Of a stretch of DNA of 64,000 nucleotides, positions 55,351 to 64,000 are shown one piece after another (positions within the stretch are counted from its first letter, which is position 1; every line of letters begins with the position of its first letter). Below the pieces are notes generated by a model. That model had not been told where the DNA came from. It saw only the letters and a list, made by a program, of their open reading frames with translations, and made no database searches. Source of the DNA: an uncultured virus (IMG/VR IMGVR_UViG_3300031612_000001) (Duplodnaviria; Heunggongvirae; Uroviricota; Caudoviricetes); IMG/VR virus record IMGVR_UViG_3300031612_000001, one strand, 5' to 3'. The position numbers and the translations under genes were made by a program.

Positions 55351-56802
55351 ATGTTAAAATTTTCTACATTCAAAAAATTAAACGAAGACATTAGTGCATT
55401 AAAGTATGCAGGTGACGACGCTGAATTTGCTATAAAACTAATCTCAGAGATTGATGATCAAATAGGAAGTATCGATAGCGAGATTGAATTAGATGGAAGG
55501 TCTGGAAAAAATAGCGGTGCCAAGCTTGGCATATCTCAATTAATGATTGACAACCAACGTGGTAAGTTCTCTTCATTAGCAAACTCAATCATCGACAAAA
55601 GCCCAGAATTAGAAAGAAAAAATACAGCTCCTGGAAGAGAAGAAAAAGATTACGCATTTAAACATGTGGATATGACCAAATATATCTATGTTAATCTTAG
55701 ACCAACAGGAAAACGATCTGCGGCTGGCGATGATCCTAACGAACTAATGACAGCAGCGTTATGTTTACTACCTAAACTTAAAGTACCTACTAACTCAGAT
55801 GAGATGGATATTCTTATCGATATTGTATCAGGTAGTTTAAAGAAAGTAAAAGGTTATAAACAAGGTCAAGTCGATTCTTTAAAAGAAGATTATCCGAATC
55901 TTTGTATGGCAGTTTCAGCTGCAATATCAATACACGAAGCTGGTTATGGTAATGCTGATATGGTATATCTTACAGGCCAAGCATGGGACGACGATGTTAA
56001 ACAGTTCCAAATATCTAAATATGGAATGGCTGATTTTAACTCTTCAGATTTCATAATTAAAAAAGGTAAGAACTACCTTGGTGTATCTCTTAAGAAGAAA
56101 ACACGATTAAGTTCATCTGACCCAACTCTAATTAATAAATCATTCGCTACATTATTCCAAGATAAGAAATTTGATTCAATGATTAAAGCTTTAGAATTAA
56201 AAGCTGGTATGTTTTACTTAAGAGTTATTGCTAAGGCCAAAAAAGACGGCGGGTTATCTGCAGATATGTTGACCATGATGGCAAAGAAAAGACCTAGCAC
56301 AACCAATTGGAAAATGTATGTACAAAGAATTGATAACAAATTTATTAATTCAGAGTTAAAAGGATCTAAGTCTTTATTCAAAGCAATGTCTGATATCATT
56401 ATTACGAATAAAATGCAGATTGCTAATCAATTAGTACAACTAATATTTAAAGCAGATCTAAAAGAATTAAAGAAAGTCAACTTTGATTTTACGCTTGTTA
56501 CTGGCATAGGAGATTATGGACCAAAAAAAGGTGTAGTAGTTGAGAAGGGTGAATACAAAGACATCGATACTGTAACAACTAAACTAGATGAACTATTTAG
56601 TACAGGCAAAGTCGATATAAGATTAACACCAGGAAAGAAACAAGCATTCGAAGTTGGTGCTGGAGCAGCAATGTTATTCTTTGACTTAATGATTGGTGAC
56701 ATACCAGTATGTAATATTACATTAAGATACAAAGGAAACTTCAGATCAGCGCCATCGTTTATGGCACAAATGACACCAGAATTTAAAAAATTATACAAAT
56801 AG
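55351..56802 (+). CDS. hypothetical protein, possible PD-(D/E)XK nuclease fold, with internal-protein-like N-terminus
   Basis: MLKFSTFKKLNE start; PNE...SSDFII...GVSLKK pattern. Confidence 0.5.
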   Translation: MLKFSTFKKLNEDISALKYAGDDAEFAIKLISEIDDQIGSIDSEIELDGRSGKNSGAKLGISQLMIDNQRGKFSSLANSIIDKSPELERKNTAPGREEKDYAFKHVDMTKYIYVNLRPTGKRSAAGDDPNELMTAALCLLPKLKVPTNSDEMDILIDIVSGSLKKVKGYKQGQVDSLKEDYPNLCMAVSAAISIHEAGYGNADMVYLTGQAWDDDVKQFQISKYGMADFNSSDFIIKKGKNYLGVSLKKKTRLSSSDPTLINKSFATLFQDKKFDSMIKALELKAGMFYLRVIAKAKKDGGLSADMLTMMAKKRPSTTNWKMYVQRIDNKFINSELKGSKSLFKAMSDIIITNKMQIANQLVQLIFKADLKELKKVNFDFTLVTGIGDYGPKKGVVVEKGEYKDIDTVTTKLDELFSTGKVDIRLTPGKKQAFEVGAGAAMLFFDLMIGDIPVCNITLRYKGNFRSAPSFMAQMTPEFKKLYK

Positions 56803-56810
56803 GAACTAAC

Positions 56811-57077
56811 ATGGTATATGCAGAATATAAAACATTAGAAGAAGCCTCAAGAGAACTAGGCACTACGGAACTGGAAGAAGCTCCATTAGTAATGGCTGAA
56901 AGAGATATTATGGATACTGTATTAAACGCAATTAAAAAAGAGTTTGATAAACAGGCTAACAAAAGTCCAGAAAAAGCTTTAGCAATGCTTCAGCAATTAG
57001 GCAAAATCGTTGGGTATGGTATTACTAAGTCGAATCAATCTAAAGGTAAAGCTTTTAGATATGATCTTAAAAAATAA
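56811..57077 (+). CDS. hypothetical protein
   Basis: 88 aa with AGGA SD; LEEA repeats. Confidence 0.6.
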   Translation: MVYAEYKTLEEASRELGTTELEEAPLVMAERDIMDTVLNAIKKEFDKQANKSPEKALAMLQQLGKIVGYGITKSNQSKGKAFRYDLKK

Positions 57078-57430
57078 TGAAAACATTTAAGAATTTTATC
57101 TTAGAAGCAGGCCCAGGATTATGGGCCAACATCCGTGCTAAGAAAGCGCGTGGTGAGAAGATGAGAAAGAAGGGAGCGAAAGGTGCTCCTACTAAAGCTG
57201 CTATGAAGTCAGCTCAAGAAGATAAAGGAAGTAGCGAATCTTGGGAAGCAGGATTTCAAAGACGTGTAATAAAAACTACTAAGCCAGAACATTTAGAAAA
57301 AGGTTATAAGTATAGAATTAAGGGTAAAGAAAAAGCTGAAATAACTATTAAGCTTTATAAAACAAAACCAGACTTTGCTGAATTTAAGAAGCAAATGAAA
57401 AGAGTAGCTGGTCACGAATTCGGAGGATAA
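57077..57430 (+). CDS. basic putative internal virion protein
   Basis: MKTFKNFILE start; GLWANIRAKK...GEKMRKKG.KGAPT motif. Confidence 0.6.
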   Translation: MKTFKNFILEAGPGLWANIRAKKARGEKMRKKGAKGAPTKAAMKSAQEDKGSSESWEAGFQRRVIKTTKPEHLEKGYKYRIKGKEKAEITIKLYKTKPDFAEFKKQMKRVAGHEFGG

Positions 57431-57431
57431 C

Positions 57432-57866
57432 GTGGATATTAAACAAAGAAATAAAATTGTACGTTCATTTAACAGTAAATGGAAATATAGAAAAGACAAA
57501 GATCAATATGGTATGGCAGATGCTTGGAAAATTATTTACTCAGCTAATGCCGAAGGTAAATTCGTAGGTGACTGCGAGGACTACTCATTATCAATCTTAT
57601 ATAGATTGTGTGGCGAAAGTCATATAAAAATGTGGTGGATGTTAATCACTCATCAAGCTGGTATATGTTTAGTTGGTCCTTCTAAATGGAAATCATCACA
57701 CGCAGTATTAAGATATAAAGGTGAATACGTAGACAACTGGACTAAGAAGTTTGGTCCTAAATCTGAAATTGAAAAGAACCATACCTTTCATTTTATATTT
57801 GGCCACGGTTTAGCTTATCAAGCTGCTCTTAAAATGATTATAAGCAAAGTATGGAGAAGCTTATAA
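57432..57866 (+). CDS. transglutaminase-like cysteine protease (BTLCP/C93-like)
   Basis: GDCEDYS...HAVL...VDN Cys-His-Asp triad pattern. Confidence 0.7.
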   Translation: MDIKQRNKIVRSFNSKWKYRKDKDQYGMADAWKIIYSANAEGKFVGDCEDYSLSILYRLCGESHIKMWWMLITHQAGICLVGPSKWKSSHAVLRYKGEYVDNWTKKFGPKSEIEKNHTFHFIFGHGLAYQAALKMIISKVWRSL

Positions 57867-58195
57867 TGAAATCACTAGTGCAGTACTGCTGTGAATCATG
57901 CCACGATGTTGTGATAGAAGCTTCCGAGTATCAAGGGAAAAAGGTTAAGCTTAATGATCCTATTAGAACATCAGAAAATAAGAATAAGAAATTCAAAGTG
58001 TATGTTAAAAATGACAAAGGAACTGTAGTAGTGGTCAGATTTGGCGATCCTAAGATGGGAATTAATCGTGATGACCCAAAAGCAAGAGCTTCGTTTCGTG
58101 CAAGACATGGATGCGATAAAGATCCTGGACCGAAATGGAAAGCTAAATATTGGAGCTGTTTTCAATGGCGCGCTGGCGCTAAGGTAGATAATTAA
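57866..58195 (+). CDS. conserved phage hypothetical protein
   Basis: KKFKVYVKN...VRFGDP...ARASFRARHGC...YWSC; MKSLVQY start. Confidence 0.65.
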   Translation: MKSLVQYCCESCHDVVIEASEYQGKKVKLNDPIRTSENKNKKFKVYVKNDKGTVVVVRFGDPKMGINRDDPKARASFRARHGCDKDPGPKWKAKYWSCFQWRAGAKVDN

Positions 58196-59439
58196 TGTTA
58201 AGTTTTAAAAGACAGCTGATAGCAGAAGCCGCATCTAAGAATACTCATATGACACATATTGAGGACTTAGTTTTGGACGGTGGAGTTAAGGGGGCACGCC
58301 AAGCAATCCTAGCATTACGAGCGCTTAGGGATATGTTATCTGGTAACGCGAAGGCGCCAGTCGACGTTACGGTCAAGTGGGACGGTGCCCCCGCCATATT
58401 CGCTGGTATGGATCCAAGTGATGGCAAATTCTTTGTAGCGAAAAAGGGAATCTTTAATGCTAATCCAAAGGTATATAAATCTCATGAAGATATTGACGCT
58501 GACACATCAGGCGATTTATCTAAGAAATTAAAAATAGCATTCGATAACTTAAAAGGCTTGGGCATCACTGATGTTATCCAAGGCGATTTTATGTTTGATA
58601 AGAGTGACATCAAAACAGAAACTATCAATGGTATTAAGCATATTACATTTCATCCTAATACAATTGTTTACGCTGTTCCTGTAGGGACTTCACTGGCCAA
58701 GGATATCACAAAGGCTGAGTTCGGAGTTGTATGGCATACATCATATAGTGGTTCAACATTCGAATCAATGTCAGCTACGTTTGGACAACCTATTACACCT
58801 AAAATTAAATCTACATCTAAGGTTTGGCAGGTCGATGCTATGTTACCAGATATTTCTGGTTCTGCAACAATGACTGCAAAGGAAACTGAAGAAGTAACTA
58901 AACACTTATCAATTGCTGGCAAGATATTCAAGACAGTAGCTGGTTCAACGCTTAAAGAAATCGAATCTAATAAAGAACTTAACCTATTACTTAACACATA
59001 TAACAATACTAAAGTTCGTAAAGGTGAACGAATCACTAATACTACCACTCATGTAAAGGGATTAATAGATTGGGTTAACGATAGATATATGAAACAGATT
59101 GATAAGCTATCATCTGAAAAAGGTAAAGCAAATAAAAACAAACAAAGAGAGGCTATATTATCCTTTTTTAGTACGTCTAATCAAAAAAAGTTAATAAATG
59201 TGTTCGATTTGCAAAATTCTATAGTAGATAGCAAATTAATTATTATAAATAAACTAAACAGTCTTAACAAAATAGGTACATTTGTTAAAACGAAGTCCGG
59301 ATTTAAAGTGACCAACCCTGAGGGTTTTGTTGCTATAGATCGTATGGAAGGTGGAGCGGTTAAACTTGTTGACAGATTAGAATTCTCTGCCAATAACTTT
59401 AGCAAGGATATAATAAAAGGTTGGGAAAATCCTAACTAA
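58195..59439 (+). CDS. ligase/nucleotidyltransferase-superfamily-like conserved phage protein
   Basis: VTVKWDG (KxDG motif I), QGDF, EGFV (motif IV), VKLV (motif V); MLSFKRQLIAE start. Confidence 0.65.
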   Translation: MLSFKRQLIAEAASKNTHMTHIEDLVLDGGVKGARQAILALRALRDMLSGNAKAPVDVTVKWDGAPAIFAGMDPSDGKFFVAKKGIFNANPKVYKSHEDIDADTSGDLSKKLKIAFDNLKGLGITDVIQGDFMFDKSDIKTETINGIKHITFHPNTIVYAVPVGTSLAKDITKAEFGVVWHTSYSGSTFESMSATFGQPITPKIKSTSKVWQVDAMLPDISGSATMTAKETEEVTKHLSIAGKIFKTVAGSTLKEIESNKELNLLLNTYNNTKVRKGERITNTTTHVKGLIDWVNDRYMKQIDKLSSEKGKANKNKQREAILSFFSTSNQKKLINVFDLQNSIVDSKLIIINKLNSLNKIGTFVKTKSGFKVTNPEGFVAIDRMEGGAVKLVDRLEFSANNFSKDIIKGWENPN

Positions 59440-59457
59440 TATGGGTGACCGAGGATA

Positions 59458-59820
59458 ATGAAGACATTTAAACAGTTCAATGAAGCGATGACTACTTCTC
59501 AGCGAATGAAGGCTAAGGCTACGTTCCGAAAGAATAAAGGGAAGATCGCATTAGGCAGAAAGAAAGCTGCTAAAAAACTAGCCTCCCCAGAAAAATTAAA
59601 AGCTCGTGCAACTAAACAAGCACGTAATATCCTTATCAAAAAAATCCTAAAAGACAAAAACAAAGCTGACCTAGGTTTTGCTGCACGTGGTGAATTAGAA
59701 AAGAAATTAGACAAGAAAAAAGCAGCCATACAGAGAATAGCAAAGAAGCTATTACCGGCCGTTAAAAAAGCAGATAAATTAAAGTTGAAGAAAGTAAAAG
59801 AACCCAAAGGTGAAAAGTAA
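59458..59820 (+). CDS. highly basic Lys-rich protein (possible DNA-binding internal protein)
   Basis: MKTFKQFNE start; very K/A/R-rich. Confidence 0.6.
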   Translation: MKTFKQFNEAMTTSQRMKAKATFRKNKGKIALGRKKAAKKLASPEKLKARATKQARNILIKKILKDKNKADLGFAARGELEKKLDKKKAAIQRIAKKLLPAVKKADKLKLKKVKEPKGEK

Positions 59821-59826
59821 TATATT

Positions 59827-61065
59827 ATGATAAACTCGTTTAAGTCGTATCTTAAGGAAGATAAATCGGAAGTCACCTTTGCTTTTGGCAGGTTCAATCC
59901 GCCAACAATAGGACATGAAAAGTTAATGGATGCTGTTAAGAAAGTATCTATGGGTGGAACATATAGAGTATATCCATCTCAGTCACAGGATGCTAAAAAG
60001 AATCCTCTTAATTTTAATGATAAAGTTAAGTTTATGAGAAAGATGTTTCCTAAGCATGCCAGAAATATTATGGCAGATAAAGGAATAAGACAACCAATGG
60101 ATATTGTTGTTGCACTATATAAGCAAGGGTTTACTAAAGTAACCATGGTTGCTGGTAGTGATAGAGTACTAGAGTTTGAAAAGTTACTGAACAAATATAA
60201 TGGCGAAAAAGGTAGGCATGGGTTCTACCAATTTGAAGGTGGCATAACTGTTAAAAGCGCAGGTGAAAGAGATCCTGATGCTGAAGGTGCTACTGGAATG
60301 TCAGCTTCTAAATTAAGAGCTGCAGCAAAAGAAAACGATTTAGCTGCATTTTCAAAAGGTATGCCTAAAGGATTTAAGGCTGCAGAAGAAGTTATGAATG
60401 CCGTAAGAGCTGGAATGGGTTTAGCTGAATCAAAGAATTTCAGAAAGCATGTTCAATTAGAAAAAGTATCTGATAGAAGAGAAGAATATATTAATGGCCA
60501 ACTCTTTAAAGAGGGTGATGAAGTAATCATTAAAGCCACTAATGAAGTTGGTAGTATTAAAGTATGTGCTTCTAACTATGTCATAGTACAACTAGGTGAA
60601 GAAAAGAAAAGAGTTTGGTTGGACGGAGTAGAGTTAATCGAATATGTCAATGAAGTTGGCACAGATAAAACTACTAAAGATTATAAGAAAGTCACTCCTG
60701 GCGAAGCTAAAGACTATGATACTATGGACTCTAAAGAAAAGGCAAAGCATGATAAGCCTAGAGATGATGCTCCAGAGAGTAAACATACAAAGAATTTTAA
60801 AAAGAAATTTGGAGAAATGAAAAGCTTCAAGGATTCTTTAAAAGAAGATGGTACAAAAGTATCATTGCAGAAAAAGGCGGATAAAACCGGTATGCCGTAT
60901 GGTATATTAAAGAAAGTATTTGATAGGGGATACGCAGCCTGGAAGACCAGTCATAGACCAGGGACTAATCCAACACAATGGGGTATGGCAAGAGTTAACT
61001 CTTTTGCTACTAAAAGCAAAGGAACATGGGGCGGAGCTGATAAAGATCTAGCCGCTAAAGTATAG
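59827..61065 (+). CDS. HxGH nucleotidyltransferase (cytidylyltransferase/NMNAT-like) fused to extra modules
   Basis: FGRFNPPTIGH, KNPL, VAGSDR and MSASKLR motifs; C-terminal VFDRGYAAWKTSHRPG...WGMARVNSF module. Confidence 0.75.
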   Translation: MINSFKSYLKEDKSEVTFAFGRFNPPTIGHEKLMDAVKKVSMGGTYRVYPSQSQDAKKNPLNFNDKVKFMRKMFPKHARNIMADKGIRQPMDIVVALYKQGFTKVTMVAGSDRVLEFEKLLNKYNGEKGRHGFYQFEGGITVKSAGERDPDAEGATGMSASKLRAAAKENDLAAFSKGMPKGFKAAEEVMNAVRAGMGLAESKNFRKHVQLEKVSDRREEYINGQLFKEGDEVIIKATNEVGSIKVCASNYVIVQLGEEKKRVWLDGVELIEYVNEVGTDKTTKDYKKVTPGEAKDYDTMDSKEKAKHDKPRDDAPESKHTKNFKKKFGEMKSFKDSLKEDGTKVSLQKKADKTGMPYGILKKVFDRGYAAWKTSHRPGTNPTQWGMARVNSFATKSKGTWGGADKDLAAKV

Positions 61066-61074
61066 GAAAAAAAA

Positions 61075-61635
61075 ATGAAATTAAAAGACTTAAGAGAAAA
61101 ATTTACCGCTATTGACGAAGCTAAGCAGGAGTTCTGGACAGTCACTGTTCTGAAGTCTATAAATAAGTTAAAGAAGGGACAAAAGGTTGTTGTTAAAGCC
61201 CGTGGATCTAGTGAAGCACTGAAAAAAGGTGCTAAGAACCTTGGAGACCCACAAGCTAATATGCCAGGTTACCTAGAAGTAGCGAAGGATAAGAAAGAAG
61301 GTGTTGAAGAAGCTTTATCTGATAAAGATAAAAAGAAACGTTTAGCTATGATCAAAAAGGCAGTAGAAAAAATCTCTAAGAGTAATGCTGATATGGCTAA
61401 GAAAGATGCTCTTAGAATGATGAAAGATTCTGGTATGTTTGATGAACAGGTTAATGAAGATAGAAAAAAAGATTTAAAAGATTTAGAAACTTTATCCCTA
61501 GCTTATACAGATCAAAAGAGTAAAGGTAAAGACGTTAAGGTATTACTAAAGCAAATTTCAAGTTTAAAGAAGAAACTTGGTGAGAGTACAACTATTAAAA
61601 CATTTAAACAAATGAGAGTTGAGGGGAAAAAATAA
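61075..61635 (+). CDS. hypothetical Lys-rich protein
   Basis: 186 aa; modules separated by IDE, VEE and VNE. Confidence 0.6.
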   Translation: MKLKDLREKFTAIDEAKQEFWTVTVLKSINKLKKGQKVVVKARGSSEALKKGAKNLGDPQANMPGYLEVAKDKKEGVEEALSDKDKKKRLAMIKKAVEKISKSNADMAKKDALRMMKDSGMFDEQVNEDRKKDLKDLETLSLAYTDQKSKGKDVKVLLKQISSLKKKLGESTTIKTFKQMRVEGKK

Positions 61636-62414
61636 TGTCGATAACAGAAGCAAAATTTAAACCGGCATTAATAAAAAAAGCAATTGGCATTGCTAATAAG
61701 ATGGCCGGTAATTATTCAGGCGCAGTTAGAGCAATTGAAAAATTACAAAAAGGTCTTTCTAAATACAAAGAAGTTAATGATGTATTGTATAAAGTTAATA
61801 ACGAATCAGTTAGCTATCTGAAAGCTATTATCAAAGAAGCTTGGGGTAAGAACCTTGATGAACTATGTGCTTCAATGAAGTTAAACAAAGTTCAAAAAGA
61901 TATCCTTAAAGATTATATGGACCATGGTCAAATCAAATCTCAATATGTAGGACGTGCTGCTGGTGATGTAAAAGCTAGTAGAATTTATGCTGCTAAGAAA
62001 CCTTATAGAGGTCAATTAACAGATAAGAAAGAAGCCTTATATAATGCTATGAAGATTAATCCAAAGCAAAAGAAAATCCTAGCATCTTATATGACATCAG
62101 GAAATATTGTAGGTAAGTATGCTGGTTCAATGGCTGGTAGTCATAAAGAAACTAAAAAATATCAAGGCATGAAAAACTTTAAAGAACATTATAATATAAT
62201 TAATGAAAGAAACTTTAAAGCTACTTTAGATTATGATATGGGTGATCCGAGAGATAATCAAGATGACTGGCAAGACGATGGAGTCTTTATCGATACTTGG
62301 GATAAAAGAGAAGGCCAATTAGTGGTCACAAGTACAGATAAAAGAGGTTTAGAAAAATGGTTGGTAGATGTTTACGGTTTAGATAAAAAGACTGTAAAAG
62401 GATTAGTTAAATAA
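61635..62414 (+). CDS. hypothetical protein with an internal tandem repeat
   Basis: Two copies of an approximately 45 aa MK(L/I)N..QK.IL..YM..G.I...Y.G..AG unit. Confidence 0.6.
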   Translation: MSITEAKFKPALIKKAIGIANKMAGNYSGAVRAIEKLQKGLSKYKEVNDVLYKVNNESVSYLKAIIKEAWGKNLDELCASMKLNKVQKDILKDYMDHGQIKSQYVGRAAGDVKASRIYAAKKPYRGQLTDKKEALYNAMKINPKQKKILASYMTSGNIVGKYAGSMAGSHKETKKYQGMKNFKEHYNIINERNFKATLDYDMGDPRDNQDDWQDDGVFIDTWDKREGQLVVTSTDKRGLEKWLVDVYGLDKKTVKGLVK

Positions 62415-62698
62415 TGGCAAGAGTGACTCAAACAGATAGATTAGATAGAATTGAAGATAAACTCGATCGACTATCTGATGCTATTATATCACTCGCACGA
62501 GCTGAAGAAAAGCTCATGGGATTAGAAAAATTCGTTCATCAACAAATGGAAATGTTGGTTGATGGGCAAAGGCGATTAGAACTGGTAGAAAAGAAAGTTT
62601 CAGAAAATGGAACTACTATTAATATAATCAATAAAATATTCTGGATAGTTATGGCTGCAGCCGCAACCGCTGTCACTGGAATGATAATACTGCAATAA
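62414..62698 (+). CDS. coiled-coil protein with C-terminal TM helix (XhlA/holin-like architecture)
   Basis: RLDRIEDKLDRL heptads, then IFWIVMAAAATAVTGMII. Confidence 0.55.
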   Translation: MARVTQTDRLDRIEDKLDRLSDAIISLARAEEKLMGLEKFVHQQMEMLVDGQRRLELVEKKVSENGTTINIINKIFWIVMAAAATAVTGMIILQ

Positions 62699-62709
62699 AG
62701 GAGAAAACT

Positions 62710-63951
62710 ATGAAATTGCAAGATAAAGAAACTCTAAGTGTTGCTGACGCTGTCAAGAATGTCTTAGAGAACAAGAAAGCCGTTAACGAAATGGATCCAA
62801 AAGATCACGTTACGAAAGACGGTGACTCATATGTAGTCAAAAAGAATGATGGTACGGTAATGAAATCGTTTGATTCAGAAGAGGAAGCATCAGCTTGGGC
62901 AACTAAGAATCATGATGCCATAATGAAAGAATCAGAAGAGCCTAATAAACCTAGTAAGAAGAATGGCCCAGCAACTGGAGAAGATGACTTTGATAAGAAG
63001 CATAAGATCAAGAAAACTGGTGCTAACGACAAAGGCGAAGTTAGTGCTGAAGGTACTTTACCACCAGCTCTTCAAAAGGCTATTGATAAAAAGAACGGTA
63101 AGAAAACTGACGACGAAGACGAAGTAGAAGAAGGCATTGAAAAAGAAGGTAATAAATTTACTGGTGCTTTAAATGCTGCTCGTAAGAATGGCGATAAAAC
63201 ATTCGTAGTCTCTGGTAAGAAGTATACTGTTTCTGAGTATGACGATAAAGAAGATGAAGACGAAGATGAACTAGACGAAGCTAAGAAAGCTGGCAAAGGA
63301 AAAGTTACTATTGATGTAGATTACAGTGGTGATACAACTGATGCTAAGAATGCTGAGAAAAAGTTCAAGCTTAAAATTAAAATGCGTGGTAGAGGAACTG
63401 CTGACGTAACTGGTGATAAAGCTAATATCGTTAAATGGCTAAAAAGCGACATGTATGGTATGGACCAAGATGATATCGAAGATATCTTCGCGAATCTATT
63501 TGAAGATACTGTCAATGAAGATCAAAAAGCGTATCAAGCTTTCTTCGCAAAAGCTCTTAAGAAGTTTGGTGTTAGTAACCCAGCTGAATTAAAAGGCGAC
63601 AAGAAGAAAGAATTCTTTGATTACGTAGATGCTAACTATAACTCTAAAGCTGAAAAAGGCACTGACGGAGTTAAAGAAGGTATTAGTGATGTAATTGGTA
63701 AAGTCAAAGATAAAGTCAAAGGTGTTGATAGAGATAAAATCAAGAAAATTAATCTAAAAATTAATGCTCTTGTTGATAAAGATAGAGAAGCTCAAGCTAA
63801 ACTTAAAGCTGCAGAACAAAATGACTCTTTATCTGATGAAGAATTTGATAAAAAGGAATCTTTCTACAACGAAGTAATGGCCAATATTGGAAAAGAAATC
63901 AGTCAGCTAAAAGATTCACTTAAAAAGGCTAGAGCCGGTAGGAGAGGATAA
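62710..63951 (+). CDS. large charged modular protein (putative internal head protein)
   Basis: AAGGAG SD; modules separated by acidic linkers ending VNE, VEE, LDE or VKE. Confidence 0.6.
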   Translation: MKLQDKETLSVADAVKNVLENKKAVNEMDPKDHVTKDGDSYVVKKNDGTVMKSFDSEEEASAWATKNHDAIMKESEEPNKPSKKNGPATGEDDFDKKHKIKKTGANDKGEVSAEGTLPPALQKAIDKKNGKKTDDEDEVEEGIEKEGNKFTGALNAARKNGDKTFVVSGKKYTVSEYDDKEDEDEDELDEAKKAGKGKVTIDVDYSGDTTDAKNAEKKFKLKIKMRGRGTADVTGDKANIVKWLKSDMYGMDQDDIEDIFANLFEDTVNEDQKAYQAFFAKALKKFGVSNPAELKGDKKKEFFDYVDANYNSKAEKGTDGVKEGISDVIGKVKDKVKGVDRDKIKKINLKINALVDKDREAQAKLKAAEQNDSLSDEEFDKKESFYNEVMANIGKEISQLKDSLKKARAGRRG

Positions 63952-63952
63952 G

Positions 63953-64000
63953 ATGAAAACATTTGCAGAAATTAGAAATCATGTTACTGAAGGTGTAAAA
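63953..64000 (+). CDS. start of a further putative internal protein (partial)
   Basis: MKTFAEIRNHVTE..., GAGGA SD; runs off the window. Confidence 0.55.
   Translation, partial: MKTFAEIRNHVTEGVK

Noticed and set aside
160..63515. Numerous minus-strand and alternate-frame ORFs of 60-130 aa in the ORF track
   Set aside because: They are shadows of well-supported plus-strand genes, with no SD or promoter context and no recognisable motifs

Overview
A 64 kb, AT-rich segment of a T4-like (Tevenvirinae/Kyanoviridae-style) myophage genome. The host is probably an aquatic or marine proteobacterium (inference). Essentially all genes are on the + strand. Gene order: three tail-fibre-like genes; the neck, terminase, tail and head block (gp13-gp23, gp3); uvsY, uvsW, gp55, gp47, gp46; tRNA-Arg(TCT); a VWA/MoxR (CobT/CobS-like) pair; gp45, gp44, gp62, regA, hsp20, gp43; an AEP primase-like gene; a DNA-modification operon; ahpC, bS21, uvsX, gp40, gp41, a TorF-like porin and thyX; and a late array of proteins starting with T4 internal-protein-like capsid-targeting sequences. 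The most striking feature is the 42.4-48.7 kb operon. It joins a dCMP hydroxymethylase (gp42-like) and a T4 beta-glucosyltransferase-like enzyme with GalE, UDP-galactopyranose mutase, a TagD-like cytidylyltransferase and a C5-methyltransferase-like protein with an altered SAM motif. This predicts a furanose-sugar (probably galactofuranosyl) hypermodified hydroxymethylcytosine. Non-coding findings include a ROSE-like thermometer before hsp20, a shared bulged-G hairpin, a lone antisense promoter followed by a G-tract (possible R-loop origin), apparently leaderless mRNAs and structured GC-rich islands inside genes. All family assignments come from motif recognition by eye; no searches were run.
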